A DNA stretch of 63,949 nucleotides, the filler included, from Octopus bimaculoides (taxonomy: Eukaryota), in the NCBI RefSeq assembly GCF_001194135.2. It is 8 parts of 7 records of this genome, joined end to end, with 100 filler letters (N's around TTAATTAATTAA, not from the genome) between each part and the next. Parts side by side here need not be neighbours in the genome. Positions count along the whole stretch, not along the records: positions 1 to 12,805 come from NC_068996.1; 7 more parts are not named here. The stretch is one strand, 5' to 3'. Below are positions 1 to 12,044 of this stretch, piece after piece. The translations under genes and the position numbers were made by a program. The stretch's first letter is position 1. Each line of letters opens with the position of its first letter. The notes beneath the pieces are model-generated. The model saw only the letters and a list, made by a program, of their open reading frames with translations. It was not told where the DNA came from and ran no database searches.

Positions 1-250
1 TTCTTAACTAGTTCACCCTCTACTCTGTTTCTGTCTGTGGCTAGTGCTTTGCTATACCTAACCGCTTCTGCTTTTATTGCTCTCTTGAGGGCAAACCACC
101 ATTTGTTATTGATGATGGCTCCCGTCAAAGCCCTCTTTACTAACGTGCTAATCTGGTCTCTGAAAACTTGTCTCGACGGGAAAGACGCGTTTAGTTTCCA
201 GTAACCGGGGCTCTGCCTATGTGTCTTATCTAAGTCTAGCGTACACGTCA
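1..250 (-). mobile_element. Tx1/L1-clade LINE ORF2 fragment (region just after the APE endonuclease)
   Basis: Minus-strand translation gives SPGYWKLNASFPSRQVFRDQISTLVKRALTGAIINNKWWFALKRAIKAEAVRYSK, matching the PGYWKLN...WW..K..IK motif of L1/Tx1 ORF2. It runs off the window edge and ends at a (GATA)n tract. Confidence 0.75.
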
Positions 251-273
251 CAAGTTAGATAGATAGATAGATG

Positions 274-344
<71 letters not shown>

Positions 345-878
345 GACCTTTAATTGATTTCAACACATTAGAGTCCAGCATTCAGAATAAACCTTTTAAT
401 TACAGAACTACATTAAACTATTAGCCTACCTACGGAGGTGATTTGTTTAGAGTGGCGAAGGCTTGTGCAGGACCAGTCACTGTATTTTTGTAGAAACTCT
501 TAGCAGAAAAATTGCAGACGACGTGACATGACTCTCTGCAACGCATTCCTTAGATTTTATGTTGGAGTTTCTTCCTTCGAGAGATATAGTTTAATGAGAC
601 CTAAGAGGTGCTTTATTCCCAGTGGTTTTGATAGCATACCAGACACCAGCCTGGAATTTCTCATGTCCCCATACTTGATGGTTTGTTGATCCTATAATGA
701 TTTCAAGTGCTGCTTTGAAATGTGTTCTATTGGGTTTCTGGCCAGACTTAATCATTTGACAACCCAACTATGAAACAGAGTAAAATGCCTTACTCGTTAC
801 TAGTTGCGCTCTCAGGAAATCTATTATATGTGTGTGTACATGTATATGTATATGCATATATGTATACACACAAACATA

Positions 879-925
<47 letters not shown>

Positions 926-937
926 ATTCTATTCTTT

Positions 938-1116
938 CTTTTACTTGTTTCAGTCATTTGACTGCGGCCATGCTGGATCACCACCTTTTAGTCGAGCAAA
1001 TCAACCCCAGGACTTATTCTTTGTAAGCCTAGTACTTATTCTATCAGTCTCTTTTTACAAGCGATGTTGGGGGAGACAAACACAGACACGCAAACACACA
1101 GATACACAGACACACA

Positions 1117-1168
<52 letters not shown>

Positions 1169-1304
1169 CATATATACGGCGGGCTTCTTTCAGTTTCCGT
1201 CTACCAAATCCACTCACAAGGCTTAGGTCGGCCCGAGGCTATAGTAGAAGACACTTGCCCAAGGTTAGTAAGCAAGCTACTTACCACACAGTCACTCCTG
1301 CGCC
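938..1304 (-). mobile_element. SINE family A (tRNA-like head, internal microsatellite, tail ending CAGTCAAATGACTGAAACAAGTAAAAG), B-box region deleted
   Basis: Same head, body and tail recur many times in the window. tRNA-derived SINEs (OK, OR1, OR2) are established in octopus; I cannot assign the subfamily. Confidence 0.85.
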
Positions 1305-1312
1305 CTTATATA

Positions 1313-1506
1313 GGGAGAATTCACAAAAAAAAACAAAAGACGAAGACAGGTGGTGTAGAAAACAAACAGATGTATTAGTATAACGCTCGGGGAATTGAAA
1401 AAAGTCTTTAACGTTTCGAGCCTACGCTCTTCTACAGAAAGGAACACAGAAAGAAACAAGCAGAGAAAGAAATGTGTGTTGTGGTTAGCGATCTATCATG
1501 GCGAAT
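1313..1506 (-). mobile_element. Penelope-like terminal repeat (family F), left arm of an inverted pair
   Basis: Reverse complement of 1749-1941. Carries CTGTAGAAGAGCGTAGGCTCGAAACGTT. Its 3' end abuts TA repeats. Confidence 0.6.
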
Positions 1507-1748
1507 ATATATACATATCACACACCACAGCACACCACATCACACCACTCCGCACACACTAGCACTGACCACTTCCCAGCCCCACATTTTCACACCTACA
1601 CTTACACACACGCACACGTCAAGGTCACCAGCCCTCTTCCGCACGCACATACATACTCTTTTATACACACGCACCTTCGCTTTGGGATCACCACCACTTT
1701 ATTATCTCCCCTTCTTCCTAGCTTTCCTGTGTTACCCTTCTGTCCTTC

Positions 1749-1941
1749 ATTCGCCATGATAGATTGCTAGCCACTACACATTCTTTATTTTCTTTCCTCG
1801 TTTCTTTCTGTGTACCTTTCTGTGGAAGAGCGTAGGCTCGAAACTTTAAAAAATTTTTCACTTCCCGAACATTAAACTAACACATCTGTTTGTTGTCTAC
1901 ACCACCTGTCTTCGTCTTTTGGGTTTTTTGTGAATTCTCCC
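1749..1941 (+). mobile_element. Penelope-like terminal repeat (family F), right arm of an inverted pair
   Basis: CTGTGGAAGAGCGTAGGCTCGAAAC at 1820-1844; ends GAATTCTCCC followed by TATAT. Confidence 0.6.
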
Positions 1942-1982
<41 letters not shown>

Positions 1983-2169
1983 TTATGTATGTATGTATGT
2001 ATATATATATATATATATATAGAAAGAGAGAGAGAGATACGTATGTATGTATATACATATGGGGTCTCCCCAAATGAGGTGTATGCGTATTGAATGATTA
2101 TTCAGTCATTGTAAATTAAATATCATTTCATATACAAAATTCAATAGAATCTACAAACGGAATTTAATT

Positions 2170-3170
2170 TTTGTAGTTATGAACGCCTGATTTCAAACTG
2201 ATGACTGTTTTGGTCGAGACACGGCAGATAACAATAACACGATGCAAACATCAAGATATATTTCATTCGGTGTTTGTGCAATTTTCATTCAATGGCAGCC
2301 TTCAATTTTTTTATTGTTACCGGTTTTGTAAAGTAAACTTTATCTTTTAAGCATTCTTATAAAAATTTCGTAGTGTGAGGTCCAGTGAATGTAGAGGATG
2401 TTATATTGAACATTTCTTCCTATCTGCTTGTTTGGCAAAATCTCATCAAGATAGGCCTTGTAGTATTGTGAAAATGCCACTTGTCAGGAATAAAATTTCT
2501 CATCTTTGAAGTCCTTCTTGAATGCTTGGCACGACAGATTATCACAGATTTTTAATAAAACGAACCCAGTCACAGTACTGTCAAAGAATAACTGTCCAAA
2601 TTAATCTTTTTGATGTCACATCACACCATACAGTAACTTTTGGTAAGTGAACATGGTGTTTCTCCGTAATCTGCGGATTGTCTAATAGGTGTGTAACTGT
2701 AACGGTTAATTGAACGGTTAATTTAACTTAAATGAAACCTCATAACTCCAAACAAAGTCAGTTGAAAAGTGTGTATCTTCTACACGTCTCACCAAGTACC
2801 ACCAACAAAAGACTCCACTCATCAGTCTGGATCATTTTCATTGAGAGCATGGACTATTCTTGGTATGAAGGTTTTCCAATGACAGACAGTCCTTCGTAAT
2901 ATGAAACTCACTCACCGCACAGATTCTCTTGAACACTGGCAATATAAGCACCTTTTCTTTCTTTGAGTGCTCGTCGATTTTCGCAGTTTTCCGAGACGGT
3001 TCTCGTGAAATTCTGAACAGTTCAATCTGATTGAAATTTATCTCTAACTCGAATAATGAAAAGGCGTGTACATGGATCTTTCAAATTCCATCCTAAACTG
3101 TCTTTGCATTTTGACTGCATTCAGAGTATAGTCTGTCTTCCTTGATAATTTCTAATGGTTTAATTCTATA
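2170..3170 (-). pseudogene. Decayed Tc1/mariner-superfamily transposase (DUF4817-type)
   Basis: Frameshifted peptides IVHALNENDPD, TDFVWSYEVSFKLN and EKHHVHLPKVTVWCDVTSKKI match the ...WSDEA.F.L.G and V.VWCG motifs of this group. Confidence 0.8.
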
Positions 3171-3477
3171 CAGGAATGAAAATTGAGTAATAAGCCCTTA
3201 AAGAGTGTGTGTATGTGTGTGTGTGTGAATATACATCTACACACACATGCATAAGAAATTAGAATAGGTATGTATCGAATTGGTGCTAAGATCAAGCAAA
3301 TTCTTCAACTCCAAACTCTTAATCAAGGTGAGATAGTTCAGCAGCAAAGGAGATGTCTGTAAGAAATGCAAAATTCGTGTGAATAACGATTAGGAAAATC
3401 ATACTTTTCGAGAAACTGTTTGGAGTTCCCTTGTGAAGATTCGTACGTATCAAGCTTCATGTGAGTTAATAGTACTA

Positions 3478-3521
<44 letters not shown>

Positions 3522-3872
3522 AAGGTAGACTTGTAATGAGATAGTGAAAACTGAGCTCAAGATGTTACATCTGGAGCTGGAGAGACCTGAGACTCGTACA
3601 AGTACTCCAGCTTGTTAAAATATGTTAAAACATTAAGGCATTGACTGCAGCTGGGGCACACACACATGCATGTATGCATGTATGTATGTATGTATGTATG
3701 TATGTACAAGAATAATATAACACGAGGATATCAGGCGTTAATAGTAGATTACAACATTTGTTTCTGCACCGTACATCACCTTTAGTCAAATAACGACGTA
3801 AGAATTATTAAATGCAGGTTTTACCTGGATTATACTATATGTGTATGTGGGGCGTGCGTGTGTGTGTGTCTG

Positions 3873-3926
<54 letters not shown>

Positions 3927-3942
3927 TACACACACATATATA

Positions 3943-4063
3943 TAGGCTCGAAACGTTAAAGATCTTTTCACTTTCCGAGCATTAAACTAATATATCTGTT
4001 TGTTGTCTACACCACCTGTCTTCGTCTTTTGTTTTTTTGTCTTTTTTTTTGTGAATTCTTCCC
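3943..4063 (+). mobile_element. Family F copy, 5'-truncated within the HHR-like stem II loop
   Basis: TAGGCTCGAAACGTTAAAG...GTGAATTCTTCCC followed by (TA)n. Confidence 0.7.
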
Positions 4064-4223
4064 TATATATATATATATANNNNNNNNNNTAATAGTAGAT
4101 TACAACATTTGTTTCTGCACCGTACATCACCTTTAGTCAAATAACGACGTAAGAATTATTAAATGCAGGTTTTACCTGGATTATACTATATGTGTATGTG
4201 GGGCGTGCGTGTGTGTGTGTCTG

Positions 4224-4254
<31 letters not shown>

Positions 4255-4400
4255 AGGATAACCACTAAGGGGACATCCATTATGCTAGAAGTAGACCACC
4301 TATGGTCTGACCACTAAGAAAAGATTGTTCTCAAGAAAAACTCAGCAAACACCAGAACGTAAGCGAAGCGACCAAGACAAATGAAAATATACAAAATATA

Positions 4401-4484
4401 AAGATTAATCATAGACCAGTTTCCTAGTCACCACTTACGTAATCACTTACGTAATTGTCCGCAACTTTTCAGTATGATCGTCTT
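4401..4484 (-). ncRNA. Degenerate type I hammerhead-like motif
   Basis: Minus strand: AAGA-CG-ATCATA / CTGAAAA / GTTGC...GTGAC / TAG / GAAAC TGGTC / TATGAT-TAA-TCTT. Stems I and II pair; the core has departures. Confidence 0.45.
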
Positions 4485-4888
4485 GGCAATATAATTTGCA
4501 GAACTATACACGAGACGTCCGCATGAGATTGAACATGCATATAGTTCTACCAATTACATTTGGGCTTATATTTCAAAAGTCTTCGTTCTGGCTCGCCAAA
4601 TACCGGAAATAATTCTGCAGAAAATAATTCTCTGCAGTGAATTTTGCTGGTTAGAGAACATGGTTATTTAATTTCAATATTCAATTTTTCACCCTTATTA
4701 TTTAAATTTATATATATGTATATAAAGATATACAGCAGTTAACAATGTTTTATCAATATGGAAAACTATAATTGTCACTAAATATGTCTGACAGCATTAG
4801 AAACACCTACATTACTAGAAATAAGAGTTAAAATGCTCTAATACTGTAGTCAAAACACATAACTGTATACATATATACAGACAGGGAC

Positions 4889-4946
<58 letters not shown>

Positions 4947-5187
4947 NNNNNNNNNNNNNNNNNNNNNNNNNNNNNNNNNNNNNNNNNNNNNNNNNNNNNN
5001 NNNNNNNNNNNNNNNNNNNNNNNNNNNNNNNNNNNNNNNNNNNNNNNNNNNNNNNNNNNNNNNNNNNNNNNNNNNNNNNNNNNNNNNNNNNNNNNNNNNN
5101 NNNNNNNNNNNNNNNNNNNNNNNNNNNNNNNNNNNNNNNNNNNNNNNNNNNNNNNNNNNNNNNNNNNTGTATATATATATATATATA

Positions 5188-5320
5188 GGGAGAATTCACA
5201 AAAAAAACAACAGACGAAGACAGGTGGTGTAGACAGCAAGCAGATGTATTAGTCTAACGCTCGGGAAGTGAAAAAGTCTTTAATGTTTCGAGCCTACGCT
5301 CTTCCACACAAAGGAACACA
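5188..5320 (-). mobile_element. Family F copy
   Basis: (TA)n followed by GGGAGAATTCAC...GTTTCGAGCCTACGCTCTTCCACAC. Confidence 0.7.
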
Positions 5321-5348
5321 TACACATATACATACAAATATGCCCGCA

Positions 5349-5406
<58 letters not shown>

Positions 5407-5631
5407 CACAGATATATATGGTGCTCTGTCTTTGTACCGCTATTTTCTCCACTTGCTTAATGCGTGGTTCCTACTCTCACATCTTCCTATCATCTCCTCT
5501 CTTGTTACCTCATTCCTCTGTCTTACATCATGATGCTTATGTTGGGAGGAAGAAATTGCACCATATCTGTTGCTTTCTAATGGAGTTCCCTACCTGCACT
5601 TCTAAGCTGCCAACCAACTCTGCCAATGTTC

Positions 5632-5680
<49 letters not shown>

Positions 5681-5739
5681 NNNNNNNNNNNNNNNNNNNN
5701 NNNNNNNNNNNNNNNNNNNNNNNNACTCTGCCAATGTTC

Positions 5740-5811
<72 letters not shown>

Positions 5812-6230
5812 ACTCTCTCTCTCGTTGCACCAACATTAGGGTGGTACTCAGTACAGCTGGGTAGACTGGAGCAGAGTAAAATGAAGTGCCTTGGTCAAGG
5901 ATACAATACGACAGACGATCCTGGAATTGATCATTTTTCTAACACGCTAGCCATAAGCCTTCACACACAAAAGTGTACACGTACACATACGCATGTGCGC
6001 ACATATGTATTTACATGTATGAGGTGTGTGTGTCTGTGTCTGTTAAAGGTCTAATACTCAATCTAAAGGCTGAGAAAGTTAAATGTTCTTTTCTTGTCTT
6101 ATTTGAATATTCATCTGCATAGAGCTGCATTAACGGAACCTCAGCGGTATATTTTCCCATATTTAACATTTTCTTGTGTCTCTGTGTATTTGCACACATT
6201 TGCACATCCCTGTTTATAAGTGTATGTATT

Positions 6231-6334
<104 letters not shown>

Positions 6335-7719
6335 ATACATACATGATGGCTGCAAACTTGTGTTGGAGTATTGCTATCGCCTGATCGAAAATCCCACCAC
6401 ATGTGAAGGCTACGACCAGCCATTTTTATGATAAGTCTTACTTTTCTTTCAAGCGATGCCTGTGGGGAAAGGATTTGCACAAATTCAATGCCACTCTCTA
6501 AACATGGACAACAAACTCGAAAAGATTCATACATACATACACATATATATACATGCATACGTACATACACACACACACATATATATATACATACAGACAT
6601 ACATTTCATGTGTATATATACTAGATTGGGTATTGTAATGTAAACTTACTGCATATATCTTTCCTTTAGCTATTCTTTTCACACTTTTATTTCTTTACCA
6701 CCCTTCTAGCCTTTTTCTTTATTCTTCTTCACTGTCTTTTTCTCTAACTTTCCTCTCCATCAATTTTTTTAATTCTTGAATAATCTCTCTTCAAAATGTA
6801 AGACAATAACTTTTTGTTCTGCCTACCTTATAAAAACAAATTTCTCAAGAAAAAGTAAAATTTCCACTCCATCGCCTCCCTACTTTCCAATGTTCCATGT
6901 ATCATGTATATTAAGCAAAAGAATTAAATTTTTTGGTGGTTAAGCAGGGATTTTACGCAGGGATGTTTCTAGTTTACTTCACTTGTAGATGCAAATAGAA
7001 AAGAAACGAGCATATTTTACTTCACGCTGATAAATATATGCAATTATTATTCAATTTCATTTTCCATAAACACACGTGGAATATAGTGTATATTTCAAGA
7101 GGAATTTCGAAGGAACTTAGTAAACGAACAAAACAAAAAAACAAGAGATATAGAATACAATGAACTTTTAAATAACAAGTTAAACCGGATTGCTTGTTCT
7201 GTAGTTGTAATTACGACCTGTAACATCTGCTGGAAAAAGAACACTAAATAGCAGGTATTGTGGAAAACAGCGATGAATAAAGGCCATTTGTATCAGTTGA
7301 TGATATAAAATATACACAAGCCGTGATTATGTATGACTTTTACTTAAATAATATATCAGTGCTAAATTTGGAAAATATTTTACTTGTTATGGTGTGTGTG
7401 TGTGTGTGAGTGTGCGCGCACGCACGCGCACACACTCACACACATATACGAAACAAAAGTGAGTAAAAGAGAAATATCAAAAAACTGGCCACTGGAATGT
7501 ATATGAACAACAAATATATCAAATATCATACAATATAAATCCTTGATTTATTAAAATTATCTCGGCCACGAGGATGTGTCATAATTACTAAATGGCAACT
7601 GAGAACAGCTCCATATGAGAAGGACAAAAATATCTCATGAATGAAGAATTTTCTAAAGTTGACACACCATTAAGGAAGAGGACGGGCTTATTGCCTGGAT
7701 TTAAGAGGACAACTGTGGA

Positions 7720-7750
7720 GACATGTTTCTGCCTCAGTAGACGTCATCAG
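7720..7750 (-). ncRNA. Minimal hammerhead core
   Basis: Minus strand: CTGATGA-CGTCT ACTG AGGCA-GAAAC AT GTC, with canonical core and palindromic stem III (ACATGT). No cis stem I found. Confidence 0.5.
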
Positions 7751-8102
7751 TATGGTATTTGTTCTAACATATCTCCAACAGCCAAGAAACGTATACAAAA
7801 AGAGTAAAATACATGGCTTTAATAATATGTATAAATTAAAGCAAGCGGTGTGATGGTAAGAAACACAGACACAAAAACTTATATATACAGTCACACAAAA
7901 CACAAACACACACACAAACATATGACGGGCTTCTTTCATTTTCCTTCTATGAAATCTACTCACACGGCATTGGTCGGCCCGGGGTATAGCAGAAGAGACT
8001 TGCCCAAAATTACACTTAATGAGACTGAACTCGGAGCCATGAAATTGAGAAACAAACTTCTTACGATACAGCCACGCCTTGGATCTTTGTGGTTATCATC
8101 AC

Positions 8103-8491
8103 CTGTGGCGGACTGGCCAGGTTGCCAGCTTGCCCGATGGCAAGTGGGCCCCTGTGCCATTAGAATCCACATATGAGGGCCCATGCTAGTATCTAAGGGG
8201 ACCTGGAAGAATGCATTAATTTTTTTCAGCCTGGCTGTGTTTGTAGACAGTTGAAAAGAATACTTTTAACAAAAAAATTAAATGGTAGCATTGTAGTTGC
8301 GGGTGAGCCTCATTGTAGTTGCGGATGGACCCCCTTGTAGTTACGGGTAGGCCCCCTTGTAGTTGCGGGTAGGCCCCCTTGTAGTTACGGGTAGGCCCCT
8401 CCCTTGTAATTGTGATTGGGTCACCTTGTAGTTGTGGGTGGGCTCCCTTAGTTTCCTGGCAACCAATATTTTTAGACCCAGTCCGCCACTG
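8103..8491. mobile_element. Non-autonomous DNA element (hAT-like termini) containing a minisatellite
   Basis: 14-bp TIRs CTGTGGCGGACTGG / CCAGTCCGCCACTG (1 mismatch). No 8-bp TSD visible. Confidence 0.55.
8291..8447. repeat. 22-bp minisatellite, about 7 units (TTGTAGTTGCGGGTAGGCCCCC)
   Basis: Units read directly at 8291, 8313, 8335, 8357, 8379, 8404 and 8426. Confidence 0.9.
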
Positions 8492-8589
8492 CGTGACTGT
8501 CTACAATTACGTCCCAATTGTTTTCAAATTTGGTATATGTTTTGAGTTTTGTATACTAATTATGAAAATGAAATTCATTTTTCCTATAA

Positions 8590-9300
8590 GTTCATAATTA
8601 AAAAGTTATTAGCCTTTAAAATTTGCAAAATTTGGGTATTTTAGCCAATCAGAAGCGAGTATTTTACACATCACCCTGAAGTTTTGTTAGCATAGTAAGC
8701 AAAGAAATGTCACGTGTTCCGTAGCTGATTGCGAAGAACTCTGTTTCTATAGTTTCCAAATAAATATACTGCGCATGCGCACAAGGAGTGTAACCACCAA
8801 ACTGAGAGTACCTGGGAATTTTTAAGTCGTGGGAACAAACGCCGGTGTGGGACACACCATTCCATGGTTGACTTTTATCTTTGTGAAATTACGTGGAAAG
8901 GAGATACGAGAAAGATAATTTATTTTATAAACTCCTAGAGTGTATAACAAACTTTCGATCTTGAATTTTTTAAATAAATGTCTATATTAAGTAATGTTTG
9001 ACTGTTATTTCTAGCAACTCCTGTTGGTTGGCTCGTAACTTTTAAATATTTAATTTTCTCGCGAATCTTTTTATGTTTTCACTATGTAGCTAGCTAGTTT
9101 AATGTTTTAACATGCCGGTGCCCCCCGCCCCCGCTTTCTCGCTACTGTGACAGATGACGGAAGAAGCAGCGAACGTGCTGTTTTCTGATTGGCTGAAAAT
9201 TCTGAAAAATATCAAACTTTTAACACCTGTAACACTTTCACAAAATCTTTCTGGAATAAATGAATTACAAATTCGGATTCAGCGTCAAAAATCATATCTA
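8590..9300. mobile_element. Probable non-autonomous DNA element with imperfect inverted arms
   Basis: TTTTAGCCAATCAGAAG (about 8639-8655) is inverted as TTTTCTGATTGGCTGAAAA (9181-9199), with similar AT-rich flanks. Confidence 0.4.
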
Positions 9301-9378
9301 TATTGATATATTAAATAAGACTTTTAATGGTTTCGACATGCAGTGATGATAACCACAAAAATCCCATGCCGTTTCACC

Positions 9379-9459
<81 letters not shown>

Positions 9460-9460
<1 letters not shown>

Positions 9461-10439
9461 TCTTTCAAAGAATCTTTGGTATTGTAGGCGTATTCATTAA
9501 CCTCTCTCTCAACAACGCTCCACATGTAACAAACAGTCCAATGCACTGAGATCTGGGGAATTAGGAGGCCAAATTTTAGGGGCTATGTGATCATGAAAAT
9601 TTTCAGCCATCCATTCCTGTGTTACTAGAGCCATGTGTGATAGTACAGAGTCTTACTGAAACACATATGGCCTTCCATTGCATACACTGCCTATCCAGGG
9701 CTTAACAATTGTTTCCGGACCTCAATGTAGGCCTTGTGGAAAGCAGTAAGGAGGCATCACATGTCCTTCATTGCTGACGACCCTAAAACTATGACAGTTG
9801 CAGGAAATTTTGTATGGATAACACATGGAACTTCAGAAGGGTCTGCATATAACCATCTGCCATTTCTTCTGTTAACTTTTTGATCTTGGTCGAAGTTTTT
9901 CTCATTTGAGAAAAACCAAATCAAATCTTCTTCTGCTGGATTTTTCAGTTTGTTTAAGAACCATTTAGCTCTAATGTAGTGATTTTCTTTTGCTTTTTCT
10001 GACATACTGATTTTTCCTCATGACTGTTCCTTCTGACCCATGGAAATCTTTTGCAAATGACCTCATGAACTTTCTGGGATTGTAATCAATGGTCTGTTGA
10101 ACTTGCTGGATAAATTCAGGTGTTCTTATGGTTTCAGAGCATTTAGATTGCTTTTTATGCTTTGATGCTGTTGATACATTTCCATCTTCAGTCTCGAGCT
10201 CCTTACAAACTTTGTAGATGAAAGATCTGGCATCTTTTAAAAATCGAGATATTTCTAAATCGTTATGCTCAGCCTTTATAGCCACAAAAACAGCCTTTAT
10301 AACCACAAAATGCCTCTTTATTTCTTGCGTAAGCTGAGGATCTGCCATTATTATTTTGTGAAACAAAGATTCTACAAAGTCAACAAAAAATGCAGCGATG
10401 ACCCAAAAAGGTATGTCCTCAAATACCTTACGCACCCTG
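9460..10439 (-). mobile_element. Tc1/mariner maT (DD37D)-like element, decayed
   Basis: WFFSNEKNFDQDQKVNRRNGRW...HTKFPATVIVLG. The terminal CAGGGTGCGTAAGGTATTTGAGGAC matches the TIR at 61071. Confidence 0.85.
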
Positions 10440-10659
10440 TTTCCTATTTCATAACCAAACTATCATATTTAATGTATTTAATGCATCTAATTTGTTTATC
10501 TGCATAATTGGTTCTATGTGCGCATGTGTGTATGTATATATTGTATGAATGTATGTATGTATGTATGTATGCATGTATGTATGTACGTGTGTGTGTGCGT
10601 GTGTCTGTGTGTGCGTGCGTCTGTATGTGTGCATGTGTCTGTGTGTGTGTGTGTGTCTG

Positions 10660-10863
10660 TGATTGCCCCTCCCTATCACCGCTTTATAACCAGTGTTGGT
10701 GTGTTTATGTCCCTGTAACTTAGCAAAAGAGATGAATAAAATAAATACCGGTCTTTAAAAACAATAAGCCCTGGAGTCGCTGTGTTCGACTAAAAAAAAA
10801 CCCTTCCAGACGGTGCTCCAGAATGGCCTCGGTCAAATGACTGAAACAAGTAAAAGATAAAAG

Positions 10864-10865
<2 letters not shown>
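10660..10865 (+). mobile_element. SINE family A 3' half
   Basis: Body and tail motifs ending GGTCAAATGACTGAAACAAGTAAAAG. Confidence 0.8.
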
Positions 10866-10901
<36 letters not shown>

Positions 10902-11320
10902 TGTGTTTATAAAAGCTGTAAATATATGCATATATACGTTTGTGAAGGCATATTTGTCTTTATGTGTGAAAATACCAGCTGCATTTTTGCGGTTTTTGTT
11001 CAACCACAAAATACACGTATATCTTGATTTATTGCACCATTCTAACCAACCCAAACTTCGGATTGTTAACGTCCACCCACATCTCACGTAACAACTGTTA
11101 TTTTCAGCGTTAACTCCATCCCCCCCCTTCCTAACCTCCGTACACACACTCATACTTCCACTCCAAGTACTGACAACAGGCATTCATATTTACTATTGTA
11201 AGTAGATACGTATGCCCTTAGTCTTCGTCTTATTGTTTGTGAAGGAAGAACTTCGCATGACAGAAAAAGACGAAACTTCGAGACTCCGTCAATAAATTCT
11301 AATTTAAGCATATACACATA

Positions 11321-12035
11321 CGAGGGGGTACCCAAAAGAAACCGGAATTTTGAAATATTTTATTCACTCAGTTTTACATGTTTACACTTTCATCATCTTC
11401 AAAGTGTTCTTCATTTGAAGCAATGTATCGGTCCGGACGCGTTTTCCACTGTTCGAAGCATTGTTGGAACTCTTGCGAAGTGATACCTTTTAACGCCTCC
11501 ATGGTTTTTTTTTCTTCATCTCATCAAGGAAACTCAGCTGGTTTCTTTGAACGTTTCCTAACCCAGGATGAATACTGGGTTCATTACTTTGAGCCAGAGA
11601 CAAAAGACAATCCATGCAGTAGAAACATCCCTCCACACCTGCTCCAAAAGAAGACCGAGGTCGTTTCATCTGTAGGGAAGGTGAAGGCCTCAGTTCTTTC
11701 GGGATGCAAAAAGCATTAGGTTTATTGACTGTTTTCAAAAGGGTCACATCATCAATGAAGATCGCAATGCCAATTTGCTGACGCAGTTACAAAACGCTAT
11801 AAAAACCAAAGGCCCAGGAAAACTGACGAAAGAGGTTGTTTCATGAAGCCAATGCTCAAGCGTCCGAGTATTTGGTTTCAATGTCTGCTGTGCGCAACTG
11901 TGACTTTCAACAGGGAAATCACCCTCTTTGATTCTCCTGATTTTGGCCCCATCTGACTATCATCTGTTCCCCAACATGAAAAAAACACTTGGTTGGGAAC
12001 TAGTATCGCTGTGAAGATGACGTCATATCTGTAGT
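11321..12035. mobile_element. mariner (DD34D) relic with inverted C-terminal segment
   Basis: TA|CGAGGGGGTACCCAAAAG terminus. 11321-11530 minus encodes MEALKGITSQEFQQCFEQWKTRPDRYIASNEEHFEDD. 11540-12035 plus encodes FLTQDEYWVHYFEPETK and a decayed SPDLAPSDYHLFPNMKK motif. Confidence 0.8.
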
Positions 12036-12044
12036 ACACTCACT

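Noticed and set aside
345-760. Coding-like minus-strand stretch (EIIIGSTNHQVWGHEKFQAGVWYAIKT...)
   Set aside because: It has multiple stops and no motif I can assign; probably a decayed element, and it needs BLASTx.
5595-5790. Direct duplications flanking short N gaps (also 59858-59960 and 60047-60135)
   Set aside because: Identical sequence on both sides of placeholder gaps indicates unmerged contig overlaps.
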